36,488 bases of DNA from a virus, in IMG/VR virus record IMGVR_UViG_3300021076_000041. One strand, given 5' to 3'. Position numbers and translations under genes: made by a program. Position 1 is the stretch's first letter; every line of letters starts with the position of its first letter. This document shows positions 28,370 to 36,488 of this stretch, piece by piece. The notes under the pieces are model-generated. The model searched no databases and had not been told where the DNA came from. It saw nothing but the letters and a program-made list of their open reading frames with translations.

Positions 28370-28571
28370 GATCAATAAGTTCATAGCCAAAGTTAAGAAT
28401 GCTAAGAAAACAAAATCACCAGAGATCAAGATTACCTTTGTTGATGCTCAAGCATTGCTCGATGAAATTAACGAGCTGATTACTGCCAATGTGAAGCCTG
28501 CGCCAAAGATAGAAAAGGTGGCCGAATCACATCAAACCGGACCTATAATCTTTGATGGTGGACATTTCTAA
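28362..28571 (+). CDS. Small conserved phage protein
   Basis: 69-aa ORF MLEINKFIAKVKNAKKTKSPEIKITFVDAQALLDEINELI... Confidence 0.55.
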   Translation: MLEINKFIAKVKNAKKTKSPEIKITFVDAQALLDEINELITANVKPAPKIEKVAESHQTGPIIFDGGHF

Positions 28572-28595
28572 AACCATACTTTATTTGGTGCCGAA

Positions 28596-28603
28596 GATAA
28601 ATA
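28596..28603 (+). promoter_or_regulatory. T4-like late promoter candidate (GATAAATA)
   Basis: GATAAATATAAG in an intergenic gap upstream of the 28616 ORF. Confidence 0.45.
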
Positions 28604-28615
28604 TAAGTATAATCA

Positions 28616-28925
28616 ATGGAGATCACAATGTCACGACCAAAGCCAACCATTCTGATGACAGATACTAATTCAAAGAGTTTCAAGGTAGTTCAAGTTCTTG
28701 AAGCAGAATCTATCTATGCTGTCTTTCACAAAGGCAAGCCAATCAATATGAGAATACTGAACCAGATATCTGATATACCAGGACCAAAATATAAGAAGTG
28801 TAGTTTCAGTAATCCACGGTCATGCATTTAACTTGGCTCAAAAACTAAATGGTATATTCGACACTACCGAATTTACAGTTCATAAGTTGGATTCTGGAAC
28901 TCTAATCACCGAACGCAATAAATAA
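28616..28925 (+). CDS. Conserved phage hypothetical protein, extra-C frame break at 28817
   Basis: Repaired ...KKCSFSNPGHAFNLAQKLNGIFDTTEFTVHKLDSGTLITERNK*. Confidence 0.6.
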
Positions 28926-28948
28926 TTTCAATCTTCGGAAATGATATA

Positions 28949-29287
28949 ATGGAACCGCTGCGACAGGCTATCATTTCTGAAGTAATAAAGAAAACACCCG
29001 AACTTGAAAAATTTACAGTTGATCAACTAAATCAGGATTTCTTTCTACCATCATCACACCGATTAACCTATTATGGTTTACAATGTGTCAAGAATGTATT
29101 CACTCCATATAGTTTCGATATTGGCGCTGACTTGCATCTAAAATCGAAGCATTATATCGCCTTATCAAACACAATGACTTATCCATATTATCTTTCACAG
29201 AATAAACTCATCTTGTTTTCAGAAATGGATGCAATGGTGATAAAATTGTGTGGCAATGTCAAAATCTTCCTTGATCGTAGTTCCTAG
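28949..29287 (+). CDS. Hypothetical protein
   Basis: 112-aa ORF. Confidence 0.5.
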   Translation: MEPLRQAIISEVIKKTPELEKFTVDQLNQDFFLPSSHRLTYYGLQCVKNVFTPYSFDIGADLHLKSKHYIALSNTMTYPYYLSQNKLILFSEMDAMVIKLCGNVKIFLDRSS

Positions 29288-29308
29288 ACTGGTTTACCCT
29301 ATTGCCAG

Positions 29309-29337
29309 TTGCGATTATTCAATGTTTGTGCTATACT
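29309..29337 (+). promoter_or_regulatory. Sigma70-type promoter
   Basis: TTGCGA-N17-TATACT, extended TG. Confidence 0.45.
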
Positions 29338-29357
29338 ATATACAGTAGCTTTTTACA

Positions 29358-29717
29358 ATGAATCCGCAGCGAGGACAGAATATGATTTTGCCACAGGAAG
29401 GTTTATCACAAATAAAATTCTACGAATTAGATTTATATGTACCCACCGGGCATTCTCGTAAAACTTCAATAGTCACACTACACTGGAAAAGTTGGTCAAA
29501 AACCTTACCACCGGTATCTTCAATGGAAAGTGAATTTGACGGAACCTTTGAAGATGCGAAGAAGGTCGAAACCTTACTCGGCACCATTGTTCTACCTGAT
29601 GGATCAGAGTATATGATTGGTGTAGGTAATGCTGAACATCGATTTAGTGAATATTTGAAGGTTCTTTCAACATTGGCTGTAGACAGACAACGAGTGAAAG
29701 ATATTCTTGGAGAATAA
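29358..29717 (+). CDS. Conserved phage hypothetical protein
   Basis: 119-aa ORF with compact spacing. Confidence 0.55.
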   Translation: MNPQRGQNMILPQEGLSQIKFYELDLYVPTGHSRKTSIVTLHWKSWSKTLPPVSSMESEFDGTFEDAKKVETLLGTIVLPDGSEYMIGVGNAEHRFSEYLKVLSTLAVDRQRVKDILGE

Positions 29718-29722
29718 AGAAG

Positions 29723-30037
29723 ATGAACCGATATTGGTGCTCGTGGTGGTCAGGATATTACCTTGATGAAGGGTGTTCAATGCCACCGTTTCAAATATGG
29801 ATTTCTACTGAGCGAGCCAGAATAGGAAACCCACCAGGAAAAGATGAAAGAACAGAGGTAGGCATTTGTGCCTTGATTGATTCTGATTCAAAAGATAAAA
29901 TAATGGAATCAATCAAGAGACATTTTCCAGACTTTGAAATGAGATTTATGAATGAACACAACTTAGACTTTGAACCACCAGAACATCTGTGTCCAAATTT
30001 CAAAAATCAAACTCTACTTACCAACGATAAGGAATAA
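29723..30037 (+). CDS. Conserved viral hypothetical protein
   Basis: MNRYWCSWWSGYYLDEGCSMPPFQIWISTERARI...HFPDFEMRFM. Confidence 0.6.
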   Translation: MNRYWCSWWSGYYLDEGCSMPPFQIWISTERARIGNPPGKDERTEVGICALIDSDSKDKIMESIKRHFPDFEMRFMNEHNLDFEPPEHLCPNFKNQTLLTNDKE

Positions 30038-30247
30038 GATGAAAAATATTGACCCAATTTGGTGTGGGTGGATTTTACTAATCAGCCTCATAATTTTCAT
30101 GACTGGCATTTTTGTAGTTAGAATGAAAGATGTCAATTCATATAGAGAACAATGCCAGGCCGCCGGCGGTCAGATTATTGAAATCTTTCCACACAGAAGC
30201 ACGGTTTGCGCAAAGATAGAAATTCTTCAATTTTCGAAAGAAATAAA

Positions 30248-30715
30248 ATGATACAGTACAAAATTGGTAATCTGCTTGATATCACCGAAGGTCATATCGT
30301 TCACTCTGCGAATGCGCAGGGGATCATGGGTGCCGGTGTGGCCTTGGCAATAAAACAGAAATACCCGGGGTGTTACCAAGAATATAAAGAGTTTTGCGCC
30401 ATTGCCTCAGATAGCGCCGAATTACTTGGGAGAGTAGTTCCATATTTGGTCAATGAGAAACTGATCATTTGGAACCTCATTGGCCAAGATCGATACGGTG
30501 GTCATGGTAAAAGATACACGGATTATGAAGCACTTGCCACTGGGCTGGAAATGATTGAGAAATCAATCATTGTATGTCGCGACAATTATGTTGTTCCGCC
30601 GATACTAAATTTTCCATTAATGGGTAGTGGTTTGGGTGGTGGTAAATGGCCAATCGTCGAAGCCATTATTGATAACACTATCTCTTGTGGCAAGGTTCTT
30701 TGGACTTTGGATTAA
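30248..30715 (+). CDS. Macro domain (ADP-ribose-binding/hydrolase) protein
   Basis: MIQYKIGNLLDITEGHIVHSANAQGIMGAGVALAIKQKYPGCYQEYKEF...FPLMGSGLGGGKW. Confidence 0.9.
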   Translation: MIQYKIGNLLDITEGHIVHSANAQGIMGAGVALAIKQKYPGCYQEYKEFCAIASDSAELLGRVVPYLVNEKLIIWNLIGQDRYGGHGKRYTDYEALATGLEMIEKSIIVCRDNYVVPPILNFPLMGSGLGGGKWPIVEAIIDNTISCGKVLWTLD

Positions 30716-30733
30716 TTTTCTCGAAAGGATCAA

Positions 30734-30944
30734 AATGAAATTGCTCACTGCTACAGTTCTATCATTGACGAGCAATAGTGCTGTCGCGAAACATGTCGAA
30801 GTGCATGAGAATACACAAGCGGCCGGCTATATCCTTTTAGGTCTCGTCTCACTCATTGCTATTGGTATTTTGGCAATAATACTCGTGAAATATTCAGATA
30901 AGAAAAAGGAATCATCTATTAAGAATTCACAGACACCGGATTGA
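30734..30944 (+). CDS. Small membrane protein
   Basis: SD AAAGGA; MKLLTATVLSLTSNSAVAKHVEVHENTQAAGYILLGLVSLIAIGILAIILVKYSDKKKESS... Confidence 0.5.
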
Positions 30945-30969
30945 ACAACCCATAAAAATTTGCTATACT
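30941..30969 (+). promoter_or_regulatory. Sigma70-type promoter
   Basis: TTGAAC-N17-TATACT, extended TG. Confidence 0.6.
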
Positions 30970-30992
30970 ATATAAAACTACAAAGGACAACA

Positions 30993-32108
30993 ATGACACT
31001 ATATCTCCGCAGAGGCACATCCTATCATCCAACAGATGAATCAGCACTCGATGTTCGAAAAGAATTGCCACCTGGTAATTATATCGTTGAAAAGGATCTA
31101 GACACTGGACAGTTGTATTTCGAATCAACTGATCCATTCTACGTATCGGGTAAGATTTATGGCGATACAGAGAAGCAACGAGATAGAATTTTCAATACCT
31201 TTCAAGACCGAACTGCAGCCACTGGTGTTCTTTTGAATGGTGAGAAGGGTTCCGGTAAAACCCTTCTGGCTAAGATGCTATCATTGAAAGGCATTGCCTA
31301 TGGGTATCCTACCATCACAATCAATCAACCGTGGTGTGGTGAGCAATTCAACAAACTTATTCAAAGTATCGAACAACCGGCAATTGTGATGTTTGATGAA
31401 TTTGAAAAAGTGTATGACGATGAACATCAGCCATTGATGCTAACTTTGCTCGACGGTGTCTTTCCTACTAAGAAGTTGTTCGTTCTTACTTGTAATGACA
31501 AGTGGAGAATTGATAGCCATATGAGAAATCGCCCTGGCAGAATTTTCTATCTGCTTGACTTTGACGGTCTTGATTCGAAATTTATTACCGAATATTGCAA
31601 TGAAAATCTGAATGATACCAGTCATACCGAAACTGTCTGTAGAATTGCCTCGTTGTTCCATAAGTTCAATTTCGATGTTCTAAAAGCATTGTGTGAAGAG
31701 ATGAATCGATACAACGAGTCACCACAGGATGCAATGAAGATGCTGAATGCTAAACCATTCAGTGACAATGATTCGGCGTATGATGTAATTTTGTCCATTA
31801 AAGGTAAGGCAATTCCGCCAGAGAAAATGAATCCCGAAACCTTTAATACAAATCCAATTGGCCAAGAATCCATTGAGATTCGCTATTATGGTGATGCCAG
31901 TGTCAATGCGGCGAGTCCGTCACTATCAGCATTCGATGACTATGACAAACCAGATTATATCACTGGAAGATCAAATTGGACTCTTCAACCCGGCGATCTG
32001 AAGGCAATTGATTCAGTGAATAATATCTACACCTATGTGAGTGGTGATATCAAAGTAGTCTTTACAAAGAGAAAAGAAGTCAATTTCAGGTATATGGACA
32101 TGCTGTGA
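30993..32108 (+). CDS. AAA+ ATPase
   Basis: Walker A LLNGEKGSGKTLLAK; Walker B AIVMFDEFEK; sensor-like FVLTCND. Confidence 0.85.
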   Translation: MTLYLRRGTSYHPTDESALDVRKELPPGNYIVEKDLDTGQLYFESTDPFYVSGKIYGDTEKQRDRIFNTFQDRTAATGVLLNGEKGSGKTLLAKMLSLKGIAYGYPTITINQPWCGEQFNKLIQSIEQPAIVMFDEFEKVYDDEHQPLMLTLLDGVFPTKKLFVLTCNDKWRIDSHMRNRPGRIFYLLDFDGLDSKFITEYCNENLNDTSHTETVCRIASLFHKFNFDVLKALCEEMNRYNESPQDAMKMLNAKPFSDNDSAYDVILSIKGKAIPPEKMNPETFNTNPIGQESIEIRYYGDASVNAASPSLSAFDDYDKPDYITGRSNWTLQPGDLKAIDSVNNIYTYVSGDIKVVFTKRKEVNFRYMDML

Positions 32109-32109
32109 T

Positions 32110-32700
32110 ATGAAAATTCAAATATATCAGTGCCGGTTTACCAAGAAGCTATTTCAGTTAGATCAGAAAGAAGAGTATATTGCTCATCTGAAAGACTTAC
32201 GAGCACGAAAGAAAGATAATCGCAAACACAATCGAAAACGCCGTGATTTTGAATCCTGGTTTAAGTCTGAGAAAGAAAAGATTACAGGCATTGAAGAACT
32301 TGAAGAATGGATTTTGATTAATTTTTCGAAAATAGTCAAATTCTACAATGCTTTGAATTTTCATAGTCAATTCCGCGGCAAGCTTGAGAAATTTTCTCTC
32401 AAAACAACACATAATACTTATGCCAGCAATACTCATAGTGCCCCAAACGGAAAGAAAACAAACTGGCTCGGATCAACAGATCTTCCGCGGGGGTATCCGG
32501 GTTATATTGGAAATATGTCCGGTGTTTTCGAAAATCACAAACATTCCGGCGTCAGCAATATTTGGAAATTTATCGACATTCACACAGGCACCGGCAGCGG
32601 CGGTAATAATTTCCAGTATTCAGTCACAATTTGGATTGACGATTGGCCGGGGATCGCCGAACAATATGTATTCAAGAAATTGAAAGGCGAGATACATTGA
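32110..32700 (+). CDS. Hypothetical protein
   Basis: 196-aa ORF, intergenic-free arrangement. Confidence 0.55.
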   Translation: MKIQIYQCRFTKKLFQLDQKEEYIAHLKDLRARKKDNRKHNRKRRDFESWFKSEKEKITGIEELEEWILINFSKIVKFYNALNFHSQFRGKLEKFSLKTTHNTYASNTHSAPNGKKTNWLGSTDLPRGYPGYIGNMSGVFENHKHSGVSNIWKFIDIHTGTGSGGNNFQYSVTIWIDDWPGIAEQYVFKKLKGEIH

Positions 32701-32963
32701 TGGCTTCACTCTTCAGAAGACTGTTTCCAAAGACACACAAACTGTATCTTATTCCGGGGAAATTCTCACAGGAAATTCATGATAGAAATTATATACAGAT
32801 TTATGAATGGTGTGTGAACAATTTAAGTGAAGATCAATATGATTTCACATATGGAGATCAGTCGCCACAACGAAGAGTTCGAATTCTAACACCATCGTAT
32901 GTTGTATTGAAAAATGTGCCGCAAGAAGATATAGTCTTCTTAAAATTGAAATTTGGACTATGA
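32700..32963 (+). CDS. Small protein, divergent KYGHIY-tail family member
   Basis: ...RILTPSYVVLKNVPQEDIVFLKLKFGL; TGATGG junction. Confidence 0.5.
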   Translation: MASLFRRLFPKTHKLYLIPGKFSQEIHDRNYIQIYEWCVNNLSEDQYDFTYGDQSPQRRVRILTPSYVVLKNVPQEDIVFLKLKFGL

Positions 32964-32996
32964 ACTTACTTACTTACAAACGAAGGATGATATCGT

Positions 32997-33414
32997 ATGA
33001 AAATCAAGATAGATGAATTATCAGGTTATCCACTTGACTACGCGGTAGGGGTAGCACTAGGCCATAAGATGACTGTGGCATCCTTTGGGCCATTGTTTGG
33101 CAAAGGGTATATGGCACCTGTTCGCGAAGGGTACTTTACCAAATACGAACCACGAACCACGAAATCATATTCTTCAGATAATGAAAGAATGTTTAATCGG
33201 CGGTCGTCCTGTTCAGACGTGTATAAATGACCAAAATATGGTCAAATGGTGCGCTTGTCAATTGCCTATTGAATTAGAATATTCTCAAAGCGATACGCCA
33301 GATGAAGCAATACTGAAATGTCTCGTGGGTAGGTTAATGCCGGCTGGTGAAATTGAAATCCCCAATGAACTCGTGATTTCAGATTACAGATTCCATCGAG
33401 CCGCTGGTCATTGA
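32997..33414 (+). CDS. Conserved phage hypothetical protein, extra-C frame break at 33198
   Basis: Repaired MKIKIDELSGYPLDYAVGVALGHKM...SYSSDNERMFNGGRPVQTCINDQNMVKWCACQLPIELEYSQSDTPDEAILKCLVGRLMPAGEIEIPNELVISDYRFHRAAGH*. Confidence 0.7.
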
Positions 33415-33420
33415 TAAATA
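33413..33420 (+). promoter_or_regulatory. T4-like late promoter candidate (GATAAATA)
   Basis: GATAAATATATG directly before the 33422 ORF. Confidence 0.35.
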
Positions 33421-33421
33421 T

Positions 33422-33637
33422 ATGAAAATCAAAGAGGAATTTAAAATGAGATTTAGTGAAATTATCAATGAAGACAAAGCTAAAATTCGTAAGGTGAAAA
33501 AGACTCGTGCTGATGATTCCGTAGAAATCACATTCGAAGTATTGAATTCCGATGGCGTCACAGTTAAGACCGGAATGTCAAAGGAAACTGCCTCGAAATA
33601 TCTTGAAGACCATTCCAGTAAGTTGAACAAAGAGTGA
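33422..33637 (+). CDS. Small hypothetical protein
   Basis: 71-aa ORF. Confidence 0.5.
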   Translation: MKIKEEFKMRFSEIINEDKAKIRKVKKTRADDSVEITFEVLNSDGVTVKTGMSKETASKYLEDHSSKLNKE

Positions 33638-33666
33638 GAAGTATTCGTCCGGTATAAAATTGCCGC

Positions 33667-33695
33667 TTGACTTTTATAACTGTCTGCTATACAAT
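33667..33695 (+). promoter_or_regulatory. Sigma70-type promoter
   Basis: TTGACT-N17-TACAAT. Confidence 0.55.
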
Positions 33696-33743
33696 ATGTA
33701 TGTAGTATATAAATTGTGTGTGACAACTTCATAAGGAAGAAAA

Positions 33744-34862
33744 ATGGCTGCAGAAATGACAGAACGGACAGTTCGTCCGAAAGATGCGAAGATATTGATC
33801 CGGCGCTGCATGAAAATGAAGCGGCCAATCTTTATCTGGGGTGGTGCCGGCCTTGGAAAGAGCGAGCTGATACAAGAAATTGGTGACGAAGATGGCCGCG
33901 CTGTCATTGATATTCGCTTGTTGTTGATGGAACCGACTGATCTGAAAGGTATTCCATACTACGATCCAGTATCAGAAACAATGCGCTGGGCGCAACCATG
34001 CGAATTACCAGGTTCCCCGGAGAAACACCCACATCTCCAAAATGCCATTCTGTTCCTTGATGAGCTCAATGCCGCACCAGGAGCAGTTCAGGGTGCGGCA
34101 TACCAGTTGATGCTAAATCGTCGAATTGGTGAATACATCCTCCCCGAAGGTGTTAGCATAGTGTGCGCCGGCAATCGTGAAACAGATCGCGGAGTCACCT
34201 ATCGTATGCCAAGTCCGTTGGCAAATCGGTTGGTCCATTTGGAAATGATTGCCAATTTTGAAGATTGGCAAGCTTGGGCTCTTCGAAAGAAAGTTCATCC
34301 AGATGTCGTCGGCTTTGTAAGCCACCACAAACAACATCTTTCTAATTTCGATCCGAAGAAATCCGGCCATGCATTTGCCACACCGAGATCGTGGAAGTTT
34401 GCCAGTGACTTGATCCAAGACAATACCTTGGCTGAAAGTTTGGTGACTACCCTAATTGCTGGTACAGTAGGTGAAGGTATCGCAATTGAATTCGCACAAC
34501 ACCGGAAGATTTCGGCTAAGATGCCAAAACCGGAAGACATTCTGCTTGGCAAGGAAAAGAAGCTGAATGTGAAGGAAATTTCCGCAATGTATTCGTTGAC
34601 CATTAGCACTTGTTATACATTGGGCGAGTGGGTCGAGAGAACCAAAGATCCTGAAGAGAAATTTTCAATGGACGATTGGCATCTTTGTGTAGATAATTTC
34701 TTTGAGTTCATGATGGATAATTTCCAACTCGAAATGATTGTCCTTGGTGCGAAATATTCACTACGTGACGCCGATGGTGGTGGTCTGCCAATCGTTCATC
34801 GCAAGCTGAAATCGTTCAAACGATTCAATACTATGGTCGGCGGATTGATTATCGAGGCGTAA
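33744..34862 (+). CDS. MoxR-family AAA+ ATPase
   Basis: IWGGAGLGKSELIQEIG; ILFLDELNAAPGAVQGAAYQLMLNRRIGEYILPEGVSIVCAGNRETDRG. Confidence 0.9.
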   Translation: MAAEMTERTVRPKDAKILIRRCMKMKRPIFIWGGAGLGKSELIQEIGDEDGRAVIDIRLLLMEPTDLKGIPYYDPVSETMRWAQPCELPGSPEKHPHLQNAILFLDELNAAPGAVQGAAYQLMLNRRIGEYILPEGVSIVCAGNRETDRGVTYRMPSPLANRLVHLEMIANFEDWQAWALRKKVHPDVVGFVSHHKQHLSNFDPKKSGHAFATPRSWKFASDLIQDNTLAESLVTTLIAGTVGEGIAIEFAQHRKISAKMPKPEDILLGKEKKLNVKEISAMYSLTISTCYTLGEWVERTKDPEEKFSMDDWHLCVDNFFEFMMDNFQLEMIVLGAKYSLRDADGGGLPIVHRKLKSFKRFNTMVGGLIIEA

Positions 34863-34900
34863 TTCAAAGCCAACAGTTCGATACCAGAGTAATATCAATT

Positions 34901-34930
34901 CAAGGAGCCTATTTTCGGATAGGCTCCTTG
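34901..34930 (+). terminator. Rho-independent-like terminator hairpin
   Basis: Perfect 12-bp stem CAAGGAGCCTAT/ATAGGCTCCTTG with TTTCGG loop, between two + genes. Confidence 0.8.
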
Positions 34931-34954
34931 TTGTCCAACGGTAATTTCGGGGTC

Positions 34955-34983
34955 TTGACTTACCAACAGCAATATGCTACAAT
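34955..34983 (+). promoter_or_regulatory. Sigma70-type promoter
   Basis: TTGACT-N17-TACAAT, extended TGC. Confidence 0.65.
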
Positions 34984-35018
34984 ATACTATATAAAGTTAC
35001 AATTGATCGGAGAATTAA

Positions 35019-36215
35019 ATGGATAAAACGGTTGAAAAACTAGTCAGAGCTCGTGTCGCAATGTTATTGCATAATCCATTCTTTGGAAATTTGGCAGTTC
35101 GTTTGAAATTGAAAGATATGACTGACAGCATGCCAACCGCCGGCACTGATGGTAGATATTTCTATTACAATCGAGATTTCATCAACAAGTTGAATCCAAA
35201 AGAGCTCATCTTCCTGTGGGCCCATGAAGTCCTGCATTGCTGTTATCAGCATATGTCAAAATCAAGAAAAGGATCAAGACATCATCAGATGTGGAACGCA
35301 GCCAATGATTATGTAATCAATTGGGAATTGCATGAGCACAAGATTGGACAATTACCAGATCCAAAGACTTCCGGTGTTCAGATATGTTTCGATGAAAAAT
35401 ACAAAGGAATGTGTTCCGAACAAGTGTATGATTTGCTTGATAAGAGTACGACTCGTATCTCAGTAATGGCAAATGGCAACGGTGGGTTTGATATTCACTT
35501 CGACGAAGACAATGCTGAATCGCCTGAAGGAAAGATGACTGAGGAAGAGAAGCGTGAATTGAGCGACGAAATTCGTCAGGCTGTAATGCAGGCAGCTAAG
35601 GTTGATAAACCTGGTAATATTCCATCCGGTATCAAAAGATTAATACACGATCTCACTGAACCACAGATGGATTGGCGTGAGTTTCTAAACATGCAGATTC
35701 AAAGTGCGTTCAAATCGGACTACACATTCTCGAGGCCAAACAGGAAAAGTCAGAATGGAATTATTCTCCCGGGACAAATTCCAGATACCAAGATAGATGT
35801 ATGCGTCAGTATTGACTGCTCGGGGTCTATGAGTGATTCAATGCTGAAAGATCTACTTGGCGAAGTAAAGGGAATTATGGAACAGTTTCTAGATTTCAAA
35901 GTTCGCCTGTGGTGCTTCGATACTGCTGTCTATGGATATGCTGAATTCACGCCAGACAATCTCCAAGATATCATGACTTACGAAATCAAGGGTGGCGGCG
36001 GAACAGCATTTCAGTGTAACTGGGATTATATGAGAGCGCACGATATTGTTCCTCATAGATTCATTATGATGACTGATGGATATGGTGAATCAGATTGGTG
36101 TGAGGGTGAAGCGGATTACTGCGAAACTATATTCCTTGTTCATAGTAACTCAGCACGAAATTTAGAGTCACCACACGGAATGACTGTGTACTATGACGCA
36201 CCCGAACCCAAATAG
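35019..36215 (+). CDS. VWA-like metallopeptidase (DUF2201-type), MoxR partner
   Basis: HEVLHCCYQH (HExxH) and MIDAS-like CVSIDCSGSMSDS. Confidence 0.85.
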   Translation: MDKTVEKLVRARVAMLLHNPFFGNLAVRLKLKDMTDSMPTAGTDGRYFYYNRDFINKLNPKELIFLWAHEVLHCCYQHMSKSRKGSRHHQMWNAANDYVINWELHEHKIGQLPDPKTSGVQICFDEKYKGMCSEQVYDLLDKSTTRISVMANGNGGFDIHFDEDNAESPEGKMTEEEKRELSDEIRQAVMQAAKVDKPGNIPSGIKRLIHDLTEPQMDWREFLNMQIQSAFKSDYTFSRPNRKSQNGIILPGQIPDTKIDVCVSIDCSGSMSDSMLKDLLGEVKGIMEQFLDFKVRLWCFDTAVYGYAEFTPDNLQDIMTYEIKGGGGTAFQCNWDYMRAHDIVPHRFIMMTDGYGESDWCEGEADYCETIFLVHSNSARNLESPHGMTVYYDAPEPK

Positions 36216-36335
36216 GAATCTGTGTTTCATTGTTGAAAATCTTGGTCGTTTCATTGAGGCTTCCAAGATTTTCATTGAATTTAGCATGCAAAATAAAGCA
36301 TAGGCCGTAGTAGCAGGTCATTGTGCTATGTGCTA

Positions 36336-36360
36336 AATTCCTATGTTTTTCGTAGGAATT
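36336..36360 (+). terminator. Hairpin, possible terminator
   Basis: 8-bp stem AATTCCTA/TAGGAATT, 9-nt loop, intergenic. Confidence 0.4.
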
Positions 36361-36401
36361 TCCATAGGTTATTGCTATAATTTCGGGGTATGTGCGCATA
36401 T

Positions 36402-36488
36402 ATGGATCAAGAATTAAAAACTTTCGTACTACTGAAATACGAAATCTTAACATCAAATTCCAATACTTGGGATAGATGCGAGGCCGCT
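36402..36488 (+). CDS. 5' end of a small ORF (partial, right edge)
   Basis: MDQELKTFVLLKYEILTSNSNTWDRCEAA...; TATAAT 20 nt upstream. Confidence 0.4.
   Translation, partial: MDQELKTFVLLKYEILTSNSNTWDRCEAA

Noticed and set aside
431-33414. Stop-codon or simple CGG codon reassignment
   Set aside because: Frames change by +1 after the site, and CGG is read as Arg without shift in at least 11 other places.
33379-33828. 149-aa minus-strand ORF
   Set aside because: It is antisense to the supported + strand genes at 33422 and 33744 and contains no recognisable motif.
1-36488. tRNA or rRNA genes, including a candidate expanded-anticodon tRNA for CGGY
   Set aside because: I could not identify a convincing cloverleaf by eye; tRNAscan-SE/ARAGORN on the full genome would be needed.

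Overview
The window looks like part of a T4-like (Tevenvirinae/Kyanoviridae-type) myovirus genome, densely coded and mostly on the + strand. Recognisable genes: PhoH-family ATPase, IF-1 (infA), J-domain chaperone, ClpA-type unfoldase, kinase-fold-like protein, nucleotidyltransferase, DsbA-like dsDNA-binding protein, family B DNA polymerase (gp43), sliding clamp (gp45), DpdA/TGT-like transglycosylase, QueD-like and QueE-like 7-deazaguanine enzymes, glycosyltransferase, NAD-dependent sugar epimerase, phosphoribosyltransferase, two tandem superinfection-immunity-like membrane proteins, RNase H/5' exonuclease, macro domain protein, AAA+ ATPase, and a MoxR ATPase / VWA-metallopeptidase pair. Two patterns stand out. 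(1) I count 21 apparent +1 frame breaks that share one signature: a single extra C directly 5' of an in-phase glycine codon GGT or GGC (NNN-C-GGY). They hit invariant glycines such as the PhoH Walker A and the DNA polymerase NSLYG motif, and occur in genes on both strands. Removing the C restores a convincing protein each time. This is either a new kind of pervasive +1 recoding / 1-nt bypass or a very specific sequencing artefact, possibly linked to the encoded 7-deazaguanine DNA-modification genes. (2) 11 small (~65-80 aa) paralogous ORFs sit in tandem at 23986-26834, all ending in a variant of E-D-L-x-x-F-x-L-K-Y-G-H-I-Y. Most overlap so that the next start codon lies inside the conserved codons of the previous gene. 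Divergent relatives appear elsewhere in the window. All assignments come from reading the sequence; no searches were run.
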